From positions 124,749,106 to 124,813,105 of the forward strand of contig JARFYF010000001.1 in assembly GCA_030265395.1 (NCBI GenBank): a stretch of DNA of 64,000 bases, in the 5' to 3' direction. The position numbers and the translations under genes were made by a program. Every line of letters starts with the position of its first letter. Positions within the stretch are counted from its first letter, which is position 1. The notes under the pieces are model-generated. The model had not been told where the DNA came from. It ran no database searches and saw nothing but the letters and a program-made list of their open reading frames with translations. Positions 13,449 through 24,365 of this stretch are shown piece after piece. Origin of the DNA: Rhina ancylostomus (lineage: Eukaryota).

Positions 13449-14336
13449 NNNNNNNNNNNNNNNNNNNNNNNNNNNNNNNNNNNNNNNNNNNNNNNNNNNN
13501 NNNNNNNNNNNNNNNNNNNNNNNNNNNNNNNNNNNNNNNNNNNNNNNNNNNNNNNNNNNNNNNNNNNNNNNNNNNNNNNNNNNNNNNNNNNNNNNNNNNN
13601 NNNNNNNNNNNNNNNNNNNNNNNNNNNNNNNNNNNNNNNNNNNNNNNNNNNNNNNNNNNNNNNNNNNNNNNNNNNNNNNNNNNNNNNNNNNNNNNNNNNN
13701 NNNNNNNNNNNNNNNNNNNNNNNNNNNNNNNNNNNNNNNNNNNNNNNNNNNNNNNNNNNNNNNNNNNNNNNNNNNNNNNNNNNNNNNNNNNNNNNNNNNN
13801 NNNNNNNNNNNNNNNNNNNNNNNNNNNNNNNNNNNNNNNNNNNNNNNNNNNNNNNNNNNNNNNNNNNNNNNNNNNNNNNNNNNNNNNNNNNNNNNNNNNN
13901 NNNNNNNNNNNNNNNNNNNNNNNNNNNNNNNNNNNNNNNNNNNNNNNNNNNNNNNNNNNNNNNNNNNNNNNNNNNNNNNNNNNNNNNNNNNNNNNNNNNN
14001 NNNNNNNNNNNNNNNNNNNNNNNNNNNNNNNNNNNNNNNNNNNNNNNNNNNNNNNNNNNNNNNNNNNNNNNNNNNNNNNNNNNNNNNNNNNNNNNNNNNN
14101 NNNNNNNNNNNNNNNNNNNNNNNNNNNNNNNNNNNNNNNNNNNNNNNNNNNNNNNNNNNNNNNNNNNNNNNNNNNNNNNNNNNNNNNNNNNNNNNNNNNN
14201 NNNNNNNNNNNNNNNNNNNNNNNNNNNNNNNNNNNNNNNNNNNNNNNNNNNNNNNNNNNNNNNNNNNNNNNNNNNNNNNNNNNNNNNNNNNNNNNNNNNN
14301 NNNNNNNNNNNNNNNNNNNNNNNNNNNNNNNNNNNN

Positions 14337-15050
14337 AGTACTCGGAACCATGACAGTAACCCCTCCCCCACCTCAATGGGAGCCTCCCAGTGGCCCACCG
14401 GGCGTGTCTGGATGGTTCCGATGGAAGTCCTGAATGAGGGAGGAGTCTAAAATGAAGGAGTGAGGAACCCAGGAACATTCCTCCAGACTGTATCCCTCCC
14501 AATCGACCAAATACTGCAGGCCCCTACCCCAGTGGCATACATCCAATAAACGCCGGACAGTGTACGCTGGGTGGCATCAACAATCGGGGGGGGGGGCAGA
14601 GGGGGGCTTGGCCTGAGGGCACAATGGACTGCTAGCCACTGGCTTCACCTGAGACATGTGGAAAGTGGGATGTATCCTCAGGGTTTTAGGTAATTTAAGC
14701 GGGACTGTTGTAGGATTAACGATCCGCTCAATTTCAAAAGGTCCCAAGAAGCGAGGATCTAGTTTCTTGGGCTCATCTTTGAGAGGGATGCCCTTAGCCA
14801 AGAGTCAAACCTTCTGTCTAGGCTGGTACACTGGTGCAGGAACCCGCCGACGATCAGTCAATTTCCAGTTGAGGTCAGCAGTACGGAGCAGGGCCGCACA
14901 TGTGTCCTCCCAGACCTTGCGGCAACAGTGAAAATGGTCTTGAACTGAGGGCACGGTGATATCTTCTTCGTGGATGGTGAACGGAAGGGGTTGGTAACCG
15001 AGTGAGCATTCAAAGGGGGATTTTCCAGTAGCAGTGCAGACCAGAGAGTT
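14337..15050 (-). mobile_element. Gypsy/Ty3 chromovirus 3' end: integrase GPY/F region, chromodomain, PPT and start of 3' LTR
   Basis: ATGKSPFECSLGYQP; KKLDPRFLGPFEI...RIHPTFHMSQVKP; chromodomain [32 protein letters not shown]; PPT gaggtgggggaggggttac then TGTCATGG at 14355; frameshifted. Confidence 0.9.
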
Positions 15051-15191
15051 TGTCAAACAGGACCTGCCCTTCCTGAATCCATGCTGTGTCTGCCTGATGG
15101 AACCAGTTCCATCCAAATGTCTCGCTATTTCTTCCTTATTGATAGCTTCAAGCATTTTCCCGACTACAGACATTAAGCTAACTGGCCTAAC
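15046..15191 (-). mobile_element. Internal CR1 RT-region fragment abutting the Gypsy element
   Basis: RPVSLMSVVGKMLEAINKEEIARHL...QHGFRKGRSCLTN, a CR1 ORF2 motif. Confidence 0.85.
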
Positions 15192-15424
15192 TGACCCTGG
15201 TGGTGTCCTCGTGGTGTCCTCATGGTGTCCAACAGGGCAGGATGAAGTTACATTCTTCTCCCTACTGGGAATCTGCTGGCTGAGAGAGCAGCATCCTCCA
15301 TTTAAATGATAAGGGAGGTCTGCTGCTGGTGGAGAAATGACTGATTATTTCTGAGTTATTTAGTTAAGTTAATGAAAATGTATTTGATTGATTTTTAGAG
15401 TATAAACATGTTATTCGGTATGTT

Positions 15425-15620
15425 TAATGAAAAGCAAAGTCTTTAACAATATATTTTATTGCTGATAGGTCCTTAGTGAATGTCAAATATATGGTAACAC
15501 TTGTACCCTTCATAGCCAGGCCCTCACCAGCTGTCAGAGCCATTCTATGAGTGCAGCCAACAGTCTGTGCTGAGACAGCTCTAATACTGCAATGAGCTAC
15601 ACCAAAGTGCCAGGAACAGC
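15425..15620 (-). repeat. Unclassified interspersed repeat (inverted copy at ~20440-20660)
   Basis: gctgtctcagcacagactgttggctgcactcatagaatggctctgacagc (minus) vs gctgtcttagcacagacagttggctgcactcacagtatggctctgacagc (plus, ~20491). Confidence 0.7.
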
Positions 15621-15864
15621 TGCCTGCGAAAGACTTCATCTGGGGATGTGCTGGAATAAACAGCCTATCCCAAGGGAAAGGAGCCAGTGATTTGGGTGCA
15701 ATAGAGGACTTGCCCCAGCATTAGAGTGAAGTGTTCAGTTGATCAATTAGTTAATGTGGCGCAGTATACTAGAATCTTTCACAATAACCATTGCTGGCGT
15801 GCATTTAACTGATTTGCGGCTCTGTGTGAGTTTGGTTTTGTTATCGTAACACATGAGAAATTAA

Positions 15865-15962
15865 AAAATAGAAAATGCTGAGAATAGTCAACAGGTCAGG
15901 CAGCAACTGTAAAGAAAGGACCTGAGTTACTTCTTCAGGTTGTTGACCTTTTCTCAAAACCT
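15865..15962 (-). mobile_element. Penelope-type terminal fragment
   Basis: aaaatgctgagaatagtcaacaggtcaggcagca...ttcaggttgttgacctttt. Confidence 0.55.
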
Positions 15963-17663
15963 CATTGTAACAAATGAAAAATGTCTGTTAGAATCCGGTG
16001 GTGTAGGTTCCTCTGGACCTCTTTTGGAAGCAAACCCCTGTTGAAGTAGAGAAACCCAATGTTGGCCCATCATCAGGCCTCGAACTTCATTAACAATTTT
16101 TACATAAGGTGCTGGTGGTGGGGAAGTCCTGGACAGTTGGTACTTTAGGGAGAAGGGTTTGGTGCAGGCACTGGGGGAATGGGGTGAAATTGTGATGTAG
16201 AATACTGATTCTGCTGGATGAACAGAATTGTTTGTTGTTTAATAGAAGTTGCCTTTCCTTCAGTGCCTTACTGCCTATTTTCTGGAAAACATGTAAAATT
16301 AGCATTGGATATCTTATTTACCTATTCAAGTGTTCTGTTCTATCTTAGGTAGTTCCCTAAAATGCCTGAAAAACATCTCATTCAATTTGGACAGCTGATC
16401 AGATTTCCTTAAAGTGGAAATTATTATTCTTTAATTAGGGTTTACTGAGACAATTTTGTAACAAGAAATTGCAGCAAGAATGTCCAGATTCCATCCTGAC
16501 TTGCAGATCTTAGCACTGGGATTCATATTTAATGGTAGAAATTTTCACGATGTCGCACACAAAAAAAGGGTTTCTGGCAATATATGTGTTTGACACCTGC
16601 AATACAGGATTAGGTCTGTCAACTCTTTAAACTAAAGCGCATGCATAAAGGGGGTTGAAATACAAGCAGGTGTGCATTTATTACATGGCATCAGTGATTC
16701 TCTCGGTAAGTCTGGCTTTGCACGTTTTCTATCTCAAAGTGACTGCTGGTTGATGTGTCAGTGCCTTCCTTTTTCTCTCTTCCCTCCAAGCTGCTTGAGT
16801 AATGAGTGCAAGATGCTGGCAGGTTACCTGAATGAAGAATTGATTATCTGCTAACTATATTGGTAAATCCATTCAGACAGGTACCTAACTGTCATTATTT
16901 TTACAGTTTTGATGGAAATATTGACTAGATAAACATACATTTGTGGCCTCATGCAGGTAAGCTGAGAAATTACAGAAGGCAAAATCTTTCTGTGTCCACA
17001 GGCCATCCTCTGTTGTGCTTGTTGACGTGTCGACCCATTTAAAATAGGTTAACGCTTACATTAAAGTGTAATGTGGGTCACATGCACACATTGAGTGATT
17101 ATGCCTAGCACCAGACTCCCAAAGCAGGCACTCTATTCTGAACTCTGTCATATTCAAGGATGTTCTCAAAGCCTTCTTGAAGAAATGTTACATTCTCACT
17201 GACTCCTGAGAATCCCCAGTCATTAGTGCTCACAGTGGAGAAAGAGCAGTCAGAGTGCTACTGAGAACCTCAAGTCTGTGCACTGGAAGCACACGGAAGC
17301 CGAACATAAGCGATGGAAGAAATGCACTACTTCACAACCTTCCCACCTATCTGCCGTGCCAACAATCTACCCCATTGGTGCATGATCTGTGATTCCCACA
17401 TTGGTCCTATCACACACCTTAAAAAACACAAATAGAGTGGCAACAGTTATCCTTGATCCCAACAGACTGTCTGAGAGGATGAGGGAGATATATGTAAAAA
17501 CGCATTCAACAAACGTCAAGTCAAATGAAGTAATGTTTTGTGATGAAGCATGTAAAATTTATCTTTTCATTATTACTATAGAACTCTGAAAGTGAAGGTC
17601 ACATCAAGCTGTTCTTCATTGTTTTGGTGTATTTATCTTCAGTTCCTTTTTCATTTGCTCTGT

Positions 17664-17880
17664 CAGCTGTGGCTCAGTGGGTAGTAGTCTTGAATATGAG
17701 TCCATAGCTTCTGGATTAAAGTCTCACTTAAGAACTTTGAGTGCTCCAGGTTTGAGGAAATGCTGAACTGTTGGTTTTGATGTTTTTAAGAGGGAACTGT
17801 AAACACATTCTCAACCGGATGTTAAAGACCCCATAGCAGGGAAGCTACTCTTGGTATCCCAATCAACATTTTAGAAACAT
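17664..17880 (+). mobile_element. Ancient Deu-domain SINE-like relic (SacSINE1/AmnSINE type)
   Basis: tRNA-like head gctgtggctcagtgggtag and Deu-like ggatgttaaagaccccatagca...ggtatcccaatcaacattt. Confidence 0.55.
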
Positions 17881-18869
17881 AGTGTAATATTGTTGGCTCC
17901 TTTTGCTCCTTTACAATATCTTACTGGCCGTCAGAGATTTTTGGGCCATTCTGAAAAGGACACAAAAGCCACAATCAGTTCAAGACTTCATTTCTTCAAT
18001 CCCTGACGATAGTCTTATGACTTCATTTTCCTGGTGGAAAGCCACGTCCAGTGGAAACACCCAGCAGTTGTCAAGCATTTGCTGGGTCAGGTCTTGCAAC
18101 CATTGGTCAGAGAATCCTGCATGATGCCCTCCTGAAATCATTTCTGGCAACACTCTGCAACACCTTTGTTGTCATTAGTTATTTCTGTGAAGGAAGAAGG
18201 TGCTTTTGTAATCCGTGTTGCTCCATAGCTTAGTTTTTCATTGATAAAGTGAGCTGCCACCTTTACTTGGAGACAAGGCAGAATGTCACTCCTAAATTAG
18301 TTTCCTTTACTATTCTCTCCATTTTGAGTTACATTCGACACCAATTGTTTCTGACCAGGGGACCTGTAAACGTTTTTACTTCATCTTAATTCCTGCAGAT
18401 GTTTGCTACCTTAAATGTTTTTTTTTGCTATTAGGTAGGAGAACTGAAAAGGTGAAGACCCCATGAAAGGTCACTCATTTCCTGAGCCTGTTATTTGCTA
18501 TGATATTTGTTTGGGCAGAAATTGTTTGTTAAGGAGTATTTAAGGGAGAACTTTTGTCTCAAAGGTCACTGTAAGGTCATGGGATCCTCCTTTGGTTGAT
18601 TGTCTTCTAATTAATCTTTTGGGAAGTACTGTGTAGAAACTGTTAGTTATTATTTCAGATGTACCGAGAAGAACTGTAAAGAGTCAATTTTATGAAATCA
18701 TAGTGGAATGATTCTTATTTTGTTGTTTAAATATTTTGGTATTTTAACTGGAGCTTTCTTATCAGCATATCCTTATATCAATAAATACATCTAAACATAC
18801 AATTTAATCCATATGTGTGCATTTGTTCATCTACTAGGATGATAGCAAAGTCATCCTTTGCATTTTGTG

Positions 18870-19088
18870 GGGGCAGCGTGGTTGTGCTGCTGGTAGAGTT
18901 GCTGCCTCACAGCTCCAGTGACCAGGCTCTGACTTCCAGTGGAGTCTTGGGAGGGGAGGGTGAGGGGGAAGGGTGAATTGATGGGAATATGGACAGAATA
19001 AAAAAAATGGGATTATTGTAAACGGGTACATGGTGGTTGACACAGCCTGTACGGGCCAGAGGGCCTGTTTCTGTCTAGTATGACTCTC
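18870..19088 (+). mobile_element. tRNA-derived SINE, internally deleted
   Basis: gggcagcgtggt...gctgcctcacagctccagtgacc head; gggccagagggcctgtttctg tail. Confidence 0.7.
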
Positions 19089-19149
19089 TGGAGTGGAATT
19101 TGGGGTCCAGTCTGGGTTTGACCAACTTGTAACCAGCAGAGAATAAAAC

Positions 19150-19790
19150 AATAGCACTCTGCATTTACAGAACACATTTAACATGCATGGGATTTCCCAA
19201 AATGCTTCACAGGACTGTTATCAAACAAGACTTGACATCAAACCATATAAGAATGCTTCTGGGCTTGGTGAAAGTTAAAGAGGGTAGAATGAGAAGGGCC
19301 AGTTGACGTCTCATTGAGGCAGTCAAATTTAGAGATAACAATCATAAGTGAGAGTTTCAGCAGCAAATAGACTGAGGCAGAGACAAAGTTGAGTAATATT
19401 ATGGAGGCGAAAGTAGTGGCCTTAGTGATGATGCAGCTATGTGGTCTGAAGCTCCTTGCAGGCTCCAGTACGGTACAGTTTGGTTCAGTTTCAGACTGTT
19501 GTCAGAGAAAGGAGTGGAGGTGATGACCAGGGATGAAGTTTGTGGCAAGGATAAAGGTGATGACTTTGACTTTCCTCTTCAATATTTTGCTGGAGGAAAG
19601 TTCTACACATCTGGGACTGGACGTTGGATAAACTGTCTGAAAATCTGATAGTGGAGGGCTCACAATAGGTGATGGTGAAGCATCAATACAGATAAGGGAA
19701 ACTGACATTGCTTGTGTTTTCGAATGTCATTGCCGAGAGGAGTTCATAGGTAGGAAAATGGAGGGACACAAAATCATTGGGAAACTGGAA
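19150..19790 (-). mobile_element. Degenerate L2-like LINE 3' region
   Basis: cccaaaatgcttcacaggactgttatcaaaca block, shared with 63110-63400. Confidence 0.5.
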
Positions 19791-20439
19791 ATATGAATGG
19801 AACAGGAAGAAAATTAAAAATACAGTTATAAAATATCATATTAAAATATATGTGAGTTTCTGAAAATATGTATTTGATTTAAAGAAAATCATAAGGATTG
19901 TTACACTCTCTGACATAAGTAATAGTAGATTATTTTATTTATCAATGCTCCATTCCTTAATAAAATTAATGTGGATAACTCATTGAGACATGGTTTAAGT
20001 TGGAATCAAAAGCCTCAGGGAAGAATGAGAGATGTTCATAAATCCTCAGCAGTAAGAGAACCTCTTCAAGGTCTCCAGAGAAGACAAGGCAGCAATTCTG
20101 GCCAGCATGTTAATCTGTGTTTAAATGCAGTGATGAACAAATCCTAATCAATGGGTCTTAAGAAATGAATGTGCATGAAATGATAAATAATTTTCTTTTG
20201 CCTTGGTTATTGAATATTCCCCTTATGTCAACTACGGACTTGTGTGAGAACAACTGGTCGTCATTAAACTACCACATGATGTGATGATTCACCTTCCCAT
20301 GTCATCCCTGTACAATCAAGCTTTCACATATTTGATGTGTGACGAGAGTGCCAGTTACTTAAGACAACAAGACAACTCTTATGTTGCCCCAATATTGCTG
20401 GCCACATGGTTCTTGGCTCAGCTGTTTTTTTCCATTGTG

Positions 20440-20660
20440 GCCCTGAGTGCTGGCACCAAGCATTTCAATATGAATAACTGCAGCACAGAGGCTGTCTTAG
20501 CACAGACAGTTGGCTGCACTCACAGTATGGCTCTGACAGCCAGCAAGATCCCCCAACCATACCTGCCTCCCCCACCTGGCCCAATGGCCATCAAAGATGT
20601 TATTGTTATTGAATGTCTGTGAAAATGCTCCAAATCTATCAAGAAATGAGTACTTAATTG
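20440..20660 (+). repeat. Second copy of the unclassified repeat
   Basis: See 15425-15620. Confidence 0.7.
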
Positions 20661-20671
20661 TTAGCATAAAA

Positions 20672-20773
20672 TAACTGCAGATGCTGGAAATCTAAAGTAA
20701 AAACAGAAAATGCTGGAAATACTCAGCAGGTCAGGCTGCATCTGTGGGAAAATCAATAGAATTAACATTTCAA
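20672..20773 (-). mobile_element. Penelope-type terminal fragment, split by a CR1 insertion (appears to continue ~21356-21530)
   Basis: ctgcagatgctggaaatc...aaatgctggaaatactcagcaggtcaggctgcatctgtgg...ttaacatttcaa. Confidence 0.65.
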
Positions 20774-21355
20774 ACATAGAGCATAGAACTATACAGCACA
20801 GGAACAGGCCCCTTAGCCCACAATGTCCGCACTGAACATAATGCTAGACTAAACTAAATCTCCTCTGCCTGTATATAATCCATACCCCTCCATTCCCCGC
20901 CTATTTATGTGTCTATCTAAAAACCTCTTAAACGCCACTCTTGTATCTGCTTCCATCACTATGCTTCCATCGTGACAGCCTGTTCCAGGCATCCACCACT
21001 CTCTGTGTAAAAAAAAACTGCCCTGCACATCTGCCTTAAACTTTTCCCCTCTCAGCCTAGCTGCATGTGCTCTAGTATTTGACATTTCTACCTTGGGTAA
21101 AGACTCTATCTACCCTATCTACGCCATTCACAATTTTATATACTTCTATCAGATCGCACATCAGTCTCTGATGCTCCAGACAAAACAAACCAAGTTTATC
21201 CAAACTCTTCTTATAGCTCATGATGTCTAATCCAGGTAGCATCCTGGTAAACCACATCTGCATACTTTCCAAAGCCTTCACATTCTTCCTGTAATGGGGC
21301 AACCAGAATTACACAAAATACTTCAAGTGCGGCCTAACCAAAGTTTTACATAGCT
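20774..21355 (-). mobile_element. CR1/HER1-like LINE 3' fragment
   Basis: ORF track YRKNVKALESMQMWFTRMLPGL...DKLGLFCLE..RL..DLIEVYKI; tail acatagagcatagaac. Confidence 0.9.
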
Positions 21356-21639
21356 CAGTTTGTCAGAACTAGGAAGGAGAGAAAAAAGCTTGCAGGGAGT
21401 GTGGGGGAGCAGATGTCTCTGACAGGGTAAAACAGAGGTAACGGTAGGGATGAGCTATAATCATGGTTATCTGATCAATGAGTGAATGGGAGCAGTTAGA
21501 GCATAAGAACATAGACAAAGAATATCAGAGACAAAATGCAGAGCAGGGAGACATGCCCACACTACATGATGTATTCCATCTTGGCAGTTAGACGCTGAAG
21601 GACTCCACTCTGCTGAGGACAAGCTCCAAGTAATTTGGG

Positions 21640-22430
21640 ATGATTCTGTTCCTGCCAAATTGATGGAGCTGAAGGGGTACTTAGAAGCACTTTGGTACTT
21701 CTCAACAACTACGGATGACTTCTACCATCTTCTAAGCACTGAGTTTGGACCTCTACATGAGTTGCTGAATCACAAGCCAACTGGAAAATGGTAAAGGAGA
21801 AACAAGAAGCTGTGCACAAAGGATCGAAGCAATTGTTGCTGAATTCACAGGTTCTTCTTCGTTTTAATCCAACAAAGCCATCACTAGTGCCCTATGAAGT
21901 ATTTGGTGTAGTTTTGTCATCATGTGGAGAATGAATATGAGTAACTAGATGGTTTAGGATCAAGGTCCCTTTTCGTCGTGTAACCTGGAAGCTTAGCTAC
22001 CAAAGTTGGAGTACTTTGAAAAACAGGATACTTTTGTTGAATGCCAGCTGATGCTTCCTATGACCTCAGTTGGAATGCAGGGATGGGCAAAACTGACAAT
22101 ACAATAGGAGTACCGAGACTCTTGAGTCAACTCCAGTTGTTGCAACTCCATGTGAGACAGCAATACCAAGTGAGATAGTGTCTCTGCTGGAATACTTGGG
22201 CAGTACACTTGATACAACCCAATAGGTTGCCATCATGACATTACTGCCTTTCAGGTGTACAAACACATCCAGCATGGATGAGAAGGAGAATGCGAAGGTA
22301 GCACATTGTTGCCATACAGGAAAAGACAGGAGCTAAGCACCTAGAATTATGCGGTTCTTTGGGGATCCAGAGTTGTTGTTTAACCACAAGGAAGAGCAAC
22401 TAATCTGAAGGATCCCCATATGAATCTCTT
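21640..22430 (+). mobile_element. Highly degenerate Gypsy pol remnant (RT connection/RNase H to integrase N-terminus)
   Basis: Frameshifted motifs LRSTLVLLNNYG, GPLHELL, SKQLLLNSQVLLRFNPTKP, GVVLSH, QELS...VLWGSRVVV..QGRA. Confidence 0.65.
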
Positions 22431-24241
22431 ATCTAACATGTTGCCCGATGTTCTGTTTGTGGCTTAGCATACCCAAGCAGTAGTACGCTACAAAAGTTAG
22501 GTTAGTTATAATGTTACTATCAAACATTGTACTGAAGATAAAGTTACTTAAGTGCCTAAAGTATTTGTCAAGAGCACTGAAACACTTATTTTCACATTGA
22601 CCTGTTTAATGCAAGCCACTTTCTTTTATTTGTTAATTTTCTTTTAAGCAGTAACTATTTGCAACAAGATTGTGAAGTATCCAACAGGCTTTTGTTTAAT
22701 GGATGGTGATTAGTTTAGAATTCAGTCAAGTTGCAGCTGGAATGCTTTAGGATTTTTTTCAGACTGCTGTCAATTAGCGGCCAACTATAGTCCAGAGTCC
22801 AGGGACATGGCTCTCTCTGTACCAGTTTAATGAAGCATGCATGACTTTAGGCTGTAATCAGCATCCCAAACAATCTCAGATCCTACATCTCCAATGACTT
22901 AGGTAATTTGGGCATCCAGTCATATTATACAAACCAAGAGTTGCAATTTTATTTTGATCAACTAATGTAAAGGTTAATGAATGATTCTATATTGAGCACT
23001 TTGAAAAATTTGCAGTTGGAAGCATTTTTACAGTTAATAATGAAAATGCAATTTAAGAATCCAGTAGGGAAAAGCTGCTATCCATAAGATATACAAAGAA
23101 GCCATTGTATTTATTGCTTTATGGATATCATGTAGTGAAGGAAGTATATGCCTTTCCATTAAGGTGGAAAGACTAACTGAAAATGCCTGTGTTCTGTTTC
23201 TTAATGGATGATGTCTTATACCTGCCCCAATACCGGATGCTTTGAATGCCCCGAATATTTTCACAGACTATTCATAATTATAATATGTTTAATTAAAATT
23301 TGAAGATTCCTTCATCACAACACGGTAAAGTCACCTAGGTTAAATGCTCAGGTTTCTGTGGAGCTTGAATCCTGCAACCTACCAACTCAGCCAGTTCTTC
23401 AGTGACTGTAGCCGTTGATCTGAGGTGGACATCTAAATGTCAATTGTTAACCAGAGCCAGATGTGCTATTAGTCCGCACAAAGTCCTCAGACAACTCCTG
23501 TTATTAGTGATCACAGAAGCATCAAATTCCTGCAAACATCATTGTGATAATGAGCAGATAAGTACCTGGAAATGCATTCCTGGCCAGTAGCACTGAATCC
23601 ACTGTTAGTTAGTAGAAGGGAGTTGGACTCTGTTGGACTCAGTAACTGCTCCATTGATGAATTTCTAGTTAAATCTGGTTTAAAGATGGATTGAGAGATA
23701 AAGATTGATCAGGTGAAGAAGGTTACCCCGAACCCTTCAAAATAGGATTTTTTATGTCCAACTGAGAGAGCAGATGGGACCTCAGTTTGTTTTCTCATCC
23801 AAAAAGTCATGCAGCGCTTCCTCAGTGTGGAAGGGAGATGGAAGGGAGGTGGTGAGGAGAACAAGAATGTTGCAGTGGCGTGCTTTTGATTCCCCTTCAA
23901 GTTGGTGGGTTTCCTGAGGCTTTGGAAGTCAAGAAAACTAGTTATAATGTTATAAACTTATAAAGTTAATATATAATCCCTAAAGTTATAAGACAAGTTA
24001 ATTCAGAAAATGCTTGCCTCGGTTAGCAAAAGAGAAGCTTGGATTCTTTTCCTTAATGCACAGTAAGGATAAAGTGAAAGCTTAATGGAAGCATTCAAAG
24101 ATAAATTTGGTCTGTTGTTGTGAGCATTAAATGCACGACATAGTCCTCTGGAGCCAATGGAACCAAATTTCAGGAGTTTTGCTGCCGTTAACACATGAAA
24201 CCATGGGCACATTTTTACCCCGGGGAGCTTTGACGAAGTAA

Positions 24242-24365
24242 ATGATGGCTGGGACTCCAGTTAAGAAGCGCAGATTTAAGATGAGTGACAAAATAAGCAG
24301 AATGAAGATTTGGGTGATACTCCTCGTGCCATGCTGTTGTGTTCCAATGTGTACTTCCTGTGAAA
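24242..24365 (+). CDS. Candidate alternative first coding exon of SLC24A4 (signal-peptide-like N-terminus)
   Basis: In-frame TAA directly before ATG ATG G; MMAGTPVKKRRFKMSDKISRMKIWVILLVPCCCVPMCTSCE plus 1 nt, then donor A|gtaggt in phase 1, compatible with the phase-1 acceptor at 30235. No homology or transcript evidence. Confidence 0.45.

Noticed and set aside
13364-14502. Long ORFs of 240-360 aa in the ORF track (also 48277-49042 and 54290-55230)
   Set aside because: They consist almost entirely of N-gap translation (X).
23941-24000. TATA-like runs and a TAATCC (OTX/CRX-type) motif upstream of the candidate first exon
   Set aside because: Short motifs in AT-rich DNA are expected by chance, so they were not called as a promoter.
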